DNA of 64,000 nt from Candidatus Freyarchaeum deiterrae (GTDB lineage Archaea; Asgardarchaeota; Jordiarchaeia; Jordiarchaeales; Jordiarchaeaceae), in NCBI GenBank assembly GCA_037305845.1, contig CP147778.1, positions 1,856,001 through 1,920,000 on the forward strand, in the 5' to 3' direction. The translations under genes and the position numbers were made by a program. The notes beneath the pieces are model-generated. The model was not told the origin of the DNA. It worked only from the letters and a program-made list of their open reading frames with translations, and ran no database searches. How positions within the stretch are numbered: the stretch's first letter is position 1; each line of letters opens with the position of its first letter. Below, in pieces: positions 50,014 to 58,692 of this stretch.

Positions 50014-50973
50014 ATGACCATAATCGACCTACTAAATGAGAAACAAGTAAAGTTCATGCTGTTTGGTGGCAAAGGCGGCGTTGGTAAAACATCCTGTGCA
50101 GCAGCGGCGTCTATATGGGCGGCCGGGCATGGCAGGAAGACTCTGATTATCAGTACAGACCCCGCTCACAGCCTAGGTGATAGTTTAGACCAGCAGATAG
50201 GTCCGGAAATAAAGAAAATTAAGGGAGTTAAAAATCTTTACGGGTTAGAGCTAGACCCTCATAAGGCTTTTGAGAATTATCAGAATAACTTGGAGCAGGG
50301 AGAGCTTCCCGAATCTCAGGCCCAGTCCTTACTTGGAGGATTAGGCGGCATAACAGGAATGACTCCGCCGGGAGCAGATGAAGCGTTGGCATTTGCCAAG
50401 GTGCTTGAGTACATTGAAAATCCGGAATACGATCTTGTAATCTTCGACACCGCACCCACAGGGCATACACTGAGGCTCCTATCCTTACCCGATGTACTTA
50501 GCGGCTGGGTTGTAAACCTACTTAAAATGAGAGAGTATTTCGGGAAATTCTCTGGAATGTTTAAACGATTAGTAGGAAAAGGCGGTGGGGAAGACCATAG
50601 TATGGAGGTTTTGGAGAAACTTAAGGACACCATTGATATTGCTCGGGGTGAGCTTTCGAATCCCGATAGCACGGCTTTCGTAATTGTTATGATACCTGAA
50701 GCAATGGCTGTGTTTGAAACCGAAAGATTACTTACTGCTCTCAATGAATACGAAATTCCCTCCGACCATATACTCGTTAACATGGTCTATCCGGAAATAC
50801 CAGATTGCGCATTTTGTAGGGCGCGGCGGACTATGCAGTTGGAAAACCTTAAGGAGATACACGAAATCTATGATGACTTCAACATCACAGAGATTCCACT
50901 ATACGAAAACGAAGTCAGAGGCATAGAACAACTAAAAAAGCTATCCAAAATATTATTCGGTGAAGCTGAGTAG
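50014..50973 (+). CDS. ArsA/Get3(TRC40)-family ATPase
   Basis: GGKGGVGKT, STDPAHSL, FDTAPTGHTLRLL, ETERL, CAFCRAR. Confidence 0.92.
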   Translation: MTIIDLLNEKQVKFMLFGGKGGVGKTSCAAAASIWAAGHGRKTLIISTDPAHSLGDSLDQQIGPEIKKIKGVKNLYGLELDPHKAFENYQNNLEQGELPESQAQSLLGGLGGITGMTPPGADEALAFAKVLEYIENPEYDLVIFDTAPTGHTLRLLSLPDVLSGWVVNLLKMREYFGKFSGMFKRLVGKGGGEDHSMEVLEKLKDTIDIARGELSNPDSTAFVIVMIPEAMAVFETERLLTALNEYEIPSDHILVNMVYPEIPDCAFCRARRTMQLENLKEIHEIYDDFNITEIPLYENEVRGIEQLKKLSKILFGEAE

Positions 50974-51007
50974 AGTTCTCAAAGTTGAGGCCTATTCCCC
51001 AAATCTA

Positions 51008-51346
51008 CTATTGCAGGAATTGAAATGGATTAACTGGCGTGGATAAAAGAACATAACTTAATAGTATCAGTATCACCAGTCCGACTATTACTGTTAGAAT
51101 GATGCCCCACCGAGGATACCGGGCTCGAATCATTCCTCCAACTAGACTTAAAAAGGCTAAAAAACTCAAAATGATTAGAGTGATTGGTGACTTAAGATAG
51201 ACCTCTCCTACCGAATTAACTGTAAATGGATATATGCCGAGCAAATAGTCTCCAAAAATGAATGCTGCAACCAGTAAAGAAACCAGAAACAGAAAAGTCG
51301 CGAGTGCGTCTGTTTTCTCTTCTTTTGGTGGCTCTTTATCTTCCAT
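51008..51346 (-). CDS. Small 3-TM membrane protein
   Basis: 112-aa ORF with three hydrophobic segments. Confidence 0.6.
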   Translation of the reverse strand: MEDKEPPKEEKTDALATFLFLVSLLVAAFIFGDYLLGIYPFTVNSVGEVYLKSPITLIILSFLAFLSLVGGMIRARYPRWGIILTVIVGLVILILLSYVLLSTPVNPFQFLQ

Positions 51347-51466
51347 GGCAACTCTTCCAGCACTATATTTTTAAGTGAAATATTTTAATAAGGTTATTTT
51401 TATAACATTCTTTACATAATCTCAATGTATGACCTTAACCCTTAGAATAAAAGGTGGAGAGCGTTC

Positions 51467-52180
51467 ATGAGTGGAATAACTGCGTTCCAAGGGCGTATGA
51501 ATCAATTGCCGGCTACCTTATTAAGCCTTTTAGACCTCCAAGCTCCTAGCAGAATACCGCCAAAAATTGAGGGACTTCCTAAAAATCTTCAATCAAAGCA
51601 TATAATTTTCGCTATTTTCGACAACTTTGGTCTGCTGGAGTGCACTTATTACCAGCCAAAATTCCTAATAGGAAAATCAGAAGCAATATTAATGCTGGAC
51701 ACACCGAACCCCTACACGCGAAACATTATAAAAGAAATTGTTCGTGGGAATCCTAACGCCGATTTCAATCTTTTAAACTACATATCAGAACACGGACGCA
51801 AAGTAACACTAATCGCTAGACCCGATGATATTAAAGAAGTAGACGTGAAAGTGGAAACAAAACCAAGTGACTCCGACAATAGAACATACATTGAAACCGT
51901 TAAGATTCTTAACAGAACCGACTTTATCTGGATTCACTTTCTAGATTTTGAAACCCTCTACAAACAGTACAGCTTCAGACCCCCAGAAGAAATAACTCAA
52001 AAGCTAATCTCCCGCACAGACAGCTGGCTAAAAGTACTACACAAACAAGCCGCCCCAGGCAGTCTCTTAGCCGTTTTAGGCACACATGGGAGAGAGGAGG
52101 CGCCTAAAATAGAATACGAAGGAAAATACGCCGATTGGAAAAGAGCAAGTCTACCAATATGTATCATGATCAAAAAATAA
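51467..52180 (+). CDS. Hypothetical protein, possibly degenerate alkaline-phosphatase/phosphodiesterase fold
   Basis: IIFAIFDNFG, DFIWIHFLDF, VLGTHG; GGTGGAG SD. Confidence 0.5.
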   Translation: MSGITAFQGRMNQLPATLLSLLDLQAPSRIPPKIEGLPKNLQSKHIIFAIFDNFGLLECTYYQPKFLIGKSEAILMLDTPNPYTRNIIKEIVRGNPNADFNLLNYISEHGRKVTLIARPDDIKEVDVKVETKPSDSDNRTYIETVKILNRTDFIWIHFLDFETLYKQYSFRPPEEITQKLISRTDSWLKVLHKQAAPGSLLAVLGTHGREEAPKIEYEGKYADWKRASLPICIMIKK

Positions 52181-52208
52181 ACCTATAACTTATTACAGAA
52201 CACGCATA

Positions 52209-52883
52209 TTATTCATCAATCGGTTGCTTATTATCCGGTTTTATGATATTAGAAATGCTTTTAAGTTCTTCACGAATTTGTTCAATCTCTTCAGTTACAA
52301 AATTGATTTTTTCCTCTAATTTCCTATTCCACTCATAAACCTCTAATCCGATTCTATCTAAAGCAGTTGAATACGGCTCTTCGCCCCATTCCAAGTAATC
52401 AATAAAATTTTTAATTATCTTATCCTTCTCTAACAAAAGTTCGTACTCTAACGAGACAACCTCATCATCTTGAACTTGGAATATTTTAACTTCCGCATCG
52501 CCCGGACGCCCCGACATAATGAAATCATGTGGATCGACGACCAACGCTATACCCTGAGGGAACATTCCCTGAAGCCCAACTTGGGTTTCCACATCAATCG
52601 AAGAAAGAAAACAGCCGAACCCAGGATGGGAATGATACCAGCCTACAAGGTACTCACTTCTTCCCTGTCTCTCAATTTTCTCAGCAATAAGGGGCGCAAC
52701 AGTTGGCGCTAACTTCACGTGGCCTGGCGTACCAATCTGAGGCCCAGTGTCTGAATCAGTAACTTCAACCACATCACCTGTCAACTTTCCAATTAATACC
52801 CCTGCCACCTCTATTCCAGAGAATGATACACTATGCCTGAGAATCTTAGCGAGGGCTAAAGGATAAACCCTAACACTAACCAT
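52209..52883 (-). CDS. JAMM/MPN+ isopeptidase (Rpn11-like)
   Basis: EVAGVLIG, GWYHSHPGFGCFLSSIDVETQ, LVVDP. Confidence 0.93.
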   Translation of the reverse strand: MVSVRVYPLALAKILRHSVSFSGIEVAGVLIGKLTGDVVEVTDSDTGPQIGTPGHVKLAPTVAPLIAEKIERQGRSEYLVGWYHSHPGFGCFLSSIDVETQVGLQGMFPQGIALVVDPHDFIMSGRPGDAEVKIFQVQDDEVVSLEYELLLEKDKIIKNFIDYLEWGEEPYSTALDRIGLEVYEWNRKLEEKINFVTEEIEQIREELKSISNIIKPDNKQPIDE

Positions 52884-53090
52884 ATTAATTCACCACAAAA
52901 CAATCGAAGAATCAAGCACTAAACTTTACACTTAATTAGTTCGCGTATCAAAAGAAATTATCCCTTCCTATATCTGAGTTATCCGTCTATTTATTTCTCC
53001 CTCTTAAGAAGATTTTTTATTTCTCCCTTAATATAAAACTATGGTATTGATTGATACAAATAAGCTACCAAATCAAATGTTACATAAAAA

Positions 53091-53798
53091 ATGAGGAGAA
53101 ATCAGTTGTCTGGGAAGAACGTTTTACATGTATATTCCTGCTGTGATGTTGCCACCCCTGCAAAAATATCTAGTAAAATGTTTCAGGAAAAATACGATGC
53201 TGAAGTTGAATTCACAATTGGAATGCCCAATGAAATAATTCCCAAACTCGCAAGCACGCATGAAAGTGATGTCTTCACCTGCGGAGCGGCATACATAATG
53301 GATGAAGTGGAAAAAAGTGGTTTAATAACTAGACAGAACAGAAGAGTCCTAGGCTACAGAAGGTCATTAATATTAACACAAAAAAATAACCCCAAAAAAA
53401 TAAAATCTCTCACAGATCTGACAAAAAAGGACATAAAAATCGCTGTGTCAACTACAGGAAGCCTAAAGGGAGTTTGGGACGAAATCACCAGCAAAACTGG
53501 ACTAACAGAAAAAATACAGAAAAACATCACCCTATTCGCCGACGGATGCGGAGAACTATTAGGCTCAATTGTGCAAAAAAAAGTAGACGCTGCCTTCGGC
53601 TGGAATACCTATAAAGTTTTACACACAAAAGCTATTGATGCAGTTGAACTTTCCAAAGAAATACAAGTCTATAGAAGCACTCTAATAACAATTACCTCCT
53701 TCACGGAAAACAAAGAAACGGCGAACAAATTCATCAAATTTCTATTATCAAAAGAAGGAAAAAAAATATACACAAAATACGGATGGATAACCCCGTAA
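53091..53798 (+). CDS. ModA-like oxyanion substrate-binding domain protein
   Basis: KNNPKKIKSLTDL, VDAAFGW, A.KFIKFLLS.EGKKIYTKYGW. Confidence 0.75.
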   Translation: MRRNQLSGKNVLHVYSCCDVATPAKISSKMFQEKYDAEVEFTIGMPNEIIPKLASTHESDVFTCGAAYIMDEVEKSGLITRQNRRVLGYRRSLILTQKNNPKKIKSLTDLTKKDIKIAVSTTGSLKGVWDEITSKTGLTEKIQKNITLFADGCGELLGSIVQKKVDAAFGWNTYKVLHTKAIDAVELSKEIQVYRSTLITITSFTENKETANKFIKFLLSKEGKKIYTKYGWITP

Positions 53799-53945
53799 CT
53801 GAAACAAGCCCTCAAATAATATTAAAACAAGAAATCAAGTTACCTCTACTTAAGTCCTCTCCTTATGAGAAGACTTTAAATTGTTTATTCTCCCTTGATT
53901 ACATAATAAGTCAGAAATAAACTAACACCACGGGAGGTTCAACCT

Positions 53946-54191
53946 TTGATAGTGAGAGTGGTCCCGGCAATAGGCAATAGTACGCCGTTTGAGATGGAAG
54001 TTGGCATAGATGAGAAGGTAAAGTCGTTTAAGGAGAGAGTAGCTAAATCGATTTCGCTTCCTTCAAATGCGTTGACGCTTACGTGTAGAGGTATTGAATT
54101 ACAGAACGAGAACGCCACCTTGGGAAGCATAGGAATCCAGGATGGTGATAAAATATTCTATGTAAGTTCTGACATCGAAGGTGGTTTCTAA
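53946..54191 (+). CDS. Ubiquitin-like modifier precursor ending GG-F
   Basis: Beta-grasp pattern V...K..VA....LP...L.L...G.EL....TL...GIQDGD; C-terminus IEGGF; GGGAGG SD. Confidence 0.9.
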   Translation: MIVRVVPAIGNSTPFEMEVGIDEKVKSFKERVAKSISLPSNALTLTCRGIELQNENATLGSIGIQDGDKIFYVSSDIEGGF

Positions 54192-54299
54192 AAATACTTA
54201 ACTTGTCCTATTTCTCTGATTAAAAATTCTCTAGCGGCTTTTGATGAGTCGCAAGAACTTATTTTAACTATTACTAATGTTTCTCTGGGAGGTTCGTAA

Positions 54300-54779
54300 A
54301 CGTCTGCTCAACTTGATTCGGAGCGTTATTGGGCTAGACTCGCCTTGGAAGCGCAGCGAATGAGGAAGGAGGAGCCTAATTTTCATCCAGTGGATGGTAA
54401 GCTAACCCATTGGCGTGGAATAATATACGGCTTCGCTGGTGCACCCTATGAGGGTGGAATGTTTAAGGTAGAGATTAAAATTACTCGTGGCTTTCCTTTT
54501 GAACCGCCTCAGGTTTTGTGGCAAACTAGAATATGGCACCCTAACATTGCTTTCGGAGACCGGGCTCCGTTCTCGGTTTGTATAGCGATACTGGGGAGGG
54601 AGTGGAGACCTCAAACGAATATAGTTGGAATCATTGAATCTCTGAAGACCTTATTAACGAATCCCAATCCCGATAGTCCTCTTAACGCAGAAGCAGCTTA
54701 TCAGCAGCGACGCGAGCCGATGAAATTTCTTGAGAAAGCTAAAGAGTTTGTTTCAAATTACGCTAATAAGGGTTGGTAG
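54300..54779 (+). CDS. Ubiquitin-conjugating enzyme E2 (probable ACG start at 54300; ORF track TTG 54345)
   Basis: PYEGGMF, FPFEPP, IWHPNI...VCIAIL (catalytic Cys), PNPDSPLN. Confidence 0.93.
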   Translation, partial: TSAQLDSERYWARLALEAQRMRKEEPNFHPVDGKLTHWRGIIYGFAGAPYEGGMFKVEIKITRGFPFEPPQVLWQTRIWHPNIAFGDRAPFSVCIAILGREWRPQTNIVGIIESLKTLLTNPNPDSPLNAEAAYQQRREPMKFLEKAKEFVSNYANKGW

Positions 54780-54830
54780 AAAATTAGCTTTCAATAAATT
54801 TTTGGATAAAAATTCGATTGGGGTTTTGAT

Positions 54831-55982
54831 ATGGAGGATCGTTACCATAGACAAAAACTTGTGAACGTTATGGGTGTTGCCTGGGATCAGGATAAGCTAC
54901 TGAATTCTACTGCTTTGATTGCGGGTATGGGCGCCTTGGGTTGTGAGTCCGCCAAAAACCTAGCTTTGATGGGACTTAAAAAACTGATTATAATTGATAA
55001 CGATGTTGTGGAACTCTCCAACCTAAGTAGACAAATGTTATTCCGAGATGGGGATATCGGTTCACCGAAAGTTGCGGCCGCTGAGCGTAATTTGATGGAG
55101 ATGAATCCAAATATAGAAGTGGAAAAATATTACGAAAGCATAGAGAACATTCCCATAGAAAAATATCAGGAGGCAGACATTTTTCTGAGTGGTCTGGATA
55201 ATTTTGAGGGTCGCCGCTACCTAAACTCGATAGCGATTACTCTAAACAAACCATTTGTCGACGCGGGAACACATGTTTTCTTTGGCCATGTGCGGGTAAT
55301 CATTCCCCGTGTAACGCCCTGTTATGAGTGCTATCCCCCTAAAGAGAAGCAGAGGGTTTGGTGTTCCCTTCGAAGACGCAAACCCAGCGATTTACTCAAT
55401 GAATTGAAGGAATACAGGATAAAAGGTTTAACAACTGGAATTGTAGACGAACTATTTTCAAGGGGCTACAAAACCGAACTTGATTTAAAATATGCCAAGC
55501 TGAAAGACTTAACCTCCATTCCAGGGATTTCTGAGAATCTGGCAAAAAAGATCCAAGAGAAGATAGCTCCAAAATTACCCGCCATTCTAACCACAAATGC
55601 CATAATTGCGGGAATTCAATCCCAAGAAGCAATAAAAGTTCTGCTCGGCTTCCCCAGAACCGCGGAGATGTTCAGATACAACGGACTCAGCGGGGGCCTC
55701 GACTACCTAAACAGAGAGCGAAGAGCTGACTGCTGGCTCTGCGGGACGGGAGAAGAAGCTACACAAATCAATGTTGATTCAAACTCCACAGTCTACGACC
55801 TCAAGGTACAGATATCCCAAAGATACGCAATACCCGACCCCGAAATAGCGTACAAGGAATACTTTCCCCTAGGCGAAGAACTCAGACTCAAAGATGTCGG
55901 AGCGAAATCTGGCGAAAACATATTCATAATATCGAGACATATAGCAACACCTAAAACGCTTAAGTTAAACCTCATAAAATAG
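54831..55982 (+). CDS. Ubiquitin-activating enzyme E1 (ThiF core + HhH insertion + C-terminal ubiquitin-fold domain)
   Basis: GMGALGCE, DNDVVELSNLSRQ, GLDN...R, TPCYEC, CWLC. Confidence 0.92.
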   Translation: MEDRYHRQKLVNVMGVAWDQDKLLNSTALIAGMGALGCESAKNLALMGLKKLIIIDNDVVELSNLSRQMLFRDGDIGSPKVAAAERNLMEMNPNIEVEKYYESIENIPIEKYQEADIFLSGLDNFEGRRYLNSIAITLNKPFVDAGTHVFFGHVRVIIPRVTPCYECYPPKEKQRVWCSLRRRKPSDLLNELKEYRIKGLTTGIVDELFSRGYKTELDLKYAKLKDLTSIPGISENLAKKIQEKIAPKLPAILTTNAIIAGIQSQEAIKVLLGFPRTAEMFRYNGLSGGLDYLNRERRADCWLCGTGEEATQINVDSNSTVYDLKVQISQRYAIPDPEIAYKEYFPLGEELRLKDVGAKSGENIFIISRHIATPKTLKLNLIK

Positions 55983-56020
55983 ATGAGTTCTAGTGAAGCT
56001 TAATGCTTCAATTTCTAAAT

Positions 56021-56593
56021 CTAAATTGGCGTATCACAAAGCACACAGGTTCTTTTATACCCTCGACTTATCCAGTTTTCAAAACAGTTTCTGTGATAAA
56101 GGCTCAGACATCTAGGATTTCTACACCGAATAGTGTTTTCATAATCTTGTACAGTAATTTTGTCCAAACATATAACACAAGTAGGTGGGGCAAAATTATT
56201 GAAAAATTCTAAAATAGATAAAGCGACTTCAAAAAGATGTCTATCAGGGTTCCAATTCCTGAGAGAAGGAAGATTTCCTAAATAGTTTTCCAGATTTAAA
56301 TCCATGTCCTCCCCACCGCTAGATATTTCTATTCTCGGTTTCATCTTTGGAAACTCTTCGGGAAGAGTTAGTTTAATAACTAAAACTTTTCCATAAAGTC
56401 TGGGTTTCGAGTATCTTGAGAAGGCAACCATTAGTTTGTATTCTCTGAGACTGGGAGTGTCCCTTAGAATTCTAATCGACACATACTCCGATCCGCTCAG
56501 AAGTACAGGTGAATTTTCCTTCATTCTTTGGAGTTCTTCAGCAAGTCTTTTTGAAACACTCTTATCCTTATCAATATCTCCCCTTTTTTCCAA
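56021..56593 (-). CDS. RWD/UBC-like domain + C4HC3 RING, putative E3 ligase (FANCL-like architecture)
   Basis: LPEEFPKMKP, WNP; CVIC...CRNPRC...YHRNC...W...CVLC. Confidence 0.75.
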   Translation of the reverse strand: MEKRGDIDKDKSVSKRLAEELQRMKENSPVLLSGSEYVSIRILRDTPSLREYKLMVAFSRYSKPRLYGKVLVIKLTLPEEFPKMKPRIEISSGGEDMDLNLENYLGNLPSLRNWNPDRHLFEVALSILEFFNNFAPPTCVICLDKITVQDYENTIRCRNPRCLSLYHRNCFENWISRGYKRTCVLCDTPI

Positions 56594-56871
56594 GACTGAC
56601 GCCCGCCTTGAATACGTTCATTAAATGATTCATCTTCATCGGGCTTACGTGCAAAAGCCTTTCTTTAAATGATTCCTCACAACCGAAAAAGTTGATTAAG
56701 AGGCTCCTCAGAAATCTCCAGGTTTAATGCCTTTGAGTTCACGTTCTAGTTTTTTGAAGAAAGGCTCAGGCTCGTTCATACCTCTATTGTTTTCATTAAT
56801 TTTAATGATAATGGATATAATCTTAAACCAAGACTATTCTACGCTTTTCAATTTTTTTAGCTTAAATGTTT

Positions 56872-57231
56872 TTACCTCATTGCATGTCTTGTGTATGCGA
56901 CTCCTATAGGTGTCAGGTCTACTGTGTTTCCTTCTGCGGCAATAAAGAAGATGCCTTTGAGGAATTGAAGATGGAAACCTAATGTTTTTTCATCTAGATT
57001 CAAACGGTTTGCTATTTCCTCTATTGTTAGAGCTTGATCCTTGAGCATTGTCAGAATTTCTCGCCTAATTGGATTTTGCAAGGCATGAAGAGCTCTCCTG
57101 TGCGCCTCGGTTGGGTCTCCTACCACTCCGCTCTCATCTAATTTTTGCTTCCAAGCATCAAGTTCCCCGTCACTCATTTCTCTATAATTTTTCTTTCCCA
57201 AACAAATCACCATGTTCCTGATATTATCCAA
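56872..57231 (-). CDS. ArsR-like winged-helix protein
   Basis: ALQNPIRREILTML....TIEEIA.......LGFHLQFL. Confidence 0.75.
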   Translation of the reverse strand: MDNIRNMVICLGKKNYREMSDGELDAWKQKLDESGVVGDPTEAHRRALHALQNPIRREILTMLKDQALTIEEIANRLNLDEKTLGFHLQFLKGIFFIAAEGNTVDLTPIGVAYTRHAMR

Positions 57232-57608
57232 AATACATGAACCAATTATTCAAGTAATTCCTCCAAAGATGTTACAATGTTTATCCAATTTCCCACTCAA
57301 AAAGCCCAAAGCCCATCGAAACTAACGAATTTACGTCTTCTTATCTTACATATTAATTTATTGAATTTACTATATTTTCTTACAGTACTACAGCAGAATA
57401 TAGTATTTCAGATTATTGACATATGCGCAGCATAAATGACTAGTCACGGAAATCGATGAAAGATTGGACGAATAATCACGAGTACTAATTTATAATATAA
57501 TCTCAGAAGAGGCGAGTGCAGACGTTAATTTTTTCTTATGAAACTGGAAGTATTTTTAAACTCTGTTTTTATCTTTTTTATTAGCATTTTATATGGTGTT
57601 TTTTAGGA

Positions 57609-58349
57609 GTGGTTCTAATGAGTGAGCACTATCTGGGATGGATTCTGAGAAATTTGGTCTTACCTGCGTTTCTTGAATTGAAAAATGAAAAATTCGATAC
57701 TCAGTTTGGTGAAATACCCAAAGATATGCTCGCGAATGTTAAAACCGTAGAGCTCAGAAAAGGTAGCAAAAGCGTTGCGAGAAAACATTTTATCACTATA
57801 AGTGAGAGACTGAGAGGATGGAGTGAAGACGAGGTTGCCGCGGTTATGGCTCACGAATTGGGACATCTGGTAAATCGAGGTTCTCTATTCAGAAATTTTC
57901 GTGACGAAGAACTGGGGGCATCAACGCAAGCTATCTCTAGAGGATTCCTAAATGGCTACAAAAAGATTTTTTCAAGATTTTGTAAAGAACCTTGTTGGGT
58001 TATTACTAGGACTGGAAACGGGTTTGAGCTTAGGAGTGAATGGAAACAACTAGGAGGAATTGGTTGTCAAGCGGGTTCTGGCGTTTTCCACACATATTGC
58101 CCCTTCGCTGAAGGTTTAAATCTCACCTCTATTGCTTATCTTCATCCTTTACTGTTTCCAACAAGCGGAATTTGTGGACTATGTAAAACAGTTCTAAATG
58201 ATGAAGTAACAACTTGGAAGTGTGAAACTTGTTCGGTTCTTTTTCATGAGGGTTGTATAAATGTTTATGTTCGGCTAAATGGTAAATGTCCCACTTGTGG
58301 AAAATTCGCTATTTTTCAAAAATCCGATCTAAATAACCGCTCCGTCTAG
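57609..58349 (+). CDS. HEXXH zinc metalloprotease domain fused to a C4HC3 RING
   Basis: VMAHELGHL; CGLC...CETC...FHEGC...Y...CPTC. Confidence 0.72.
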   Translation: MVLMSEHYLGWILRNLVLPAFLELKNEKFDTQFGEIPKDMLANVKTVELRKGSKSVARKHFITISERLRGWSEDEVAAVMAHELGHLVNRGSLFRNFRDEELGASTQAISRGFLNGYKKIFSRFCKEPCWVITRTGNGFELRSEWKQLGGIGCQAGSGVFHTYCPFAEGLNLTSIAYLHPLLFPTSGICGLCKTVLNDEVTTWKCETCSVLFHEGCINVYVRLNGKCPTCGKFAIFQKSDLNNRSV

Positions 58350-58353
58350 GTCG

Positions 58354-58578
58354 CTAATCTCTTATTTTAACTTCACGTCCACACAGGGGGCATTTTTTAG
58401 AGTTTCTGGAACTCATCCAGTTTTTGAGTTCTTCCATGTGCATCATTTGGCGGCATTGCGTGCACTGATACACTTTTCCGCGGTCTTTAACTGGGTCGAT
58501 TTCTAGGGAGCAGATTAAGCAGTTCCATTTCCATTCTCCTAGGAAACGCTTAGTTAAAGTAATGTATCTTTCGCTCAT
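58354..58578 (-). CDS. Stand-alone RING-variant zinc finger protein
   Basis: CLIC...CTQC...H..E..W...CPLC. Confidence 0.7.
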   Translation of the reverse strand: MSERYITLTKRFLGEWKWNCLICSLEIDPVKDRGKVYQCTQCRQMMHMEELKNWMSSRNSKKCPLCGREVKIRD

Positions 58579-58692
58579 TTTTCTTTCTCCGAGAGCCTTA
58601 GAAATATTTTAGTATCTCCAATGTATAGTTTTCAACGAATGTTATTTAAAGTGTTTTCTGGGAGACAGTGTCCTCTATAAGGGGTTTGTATT

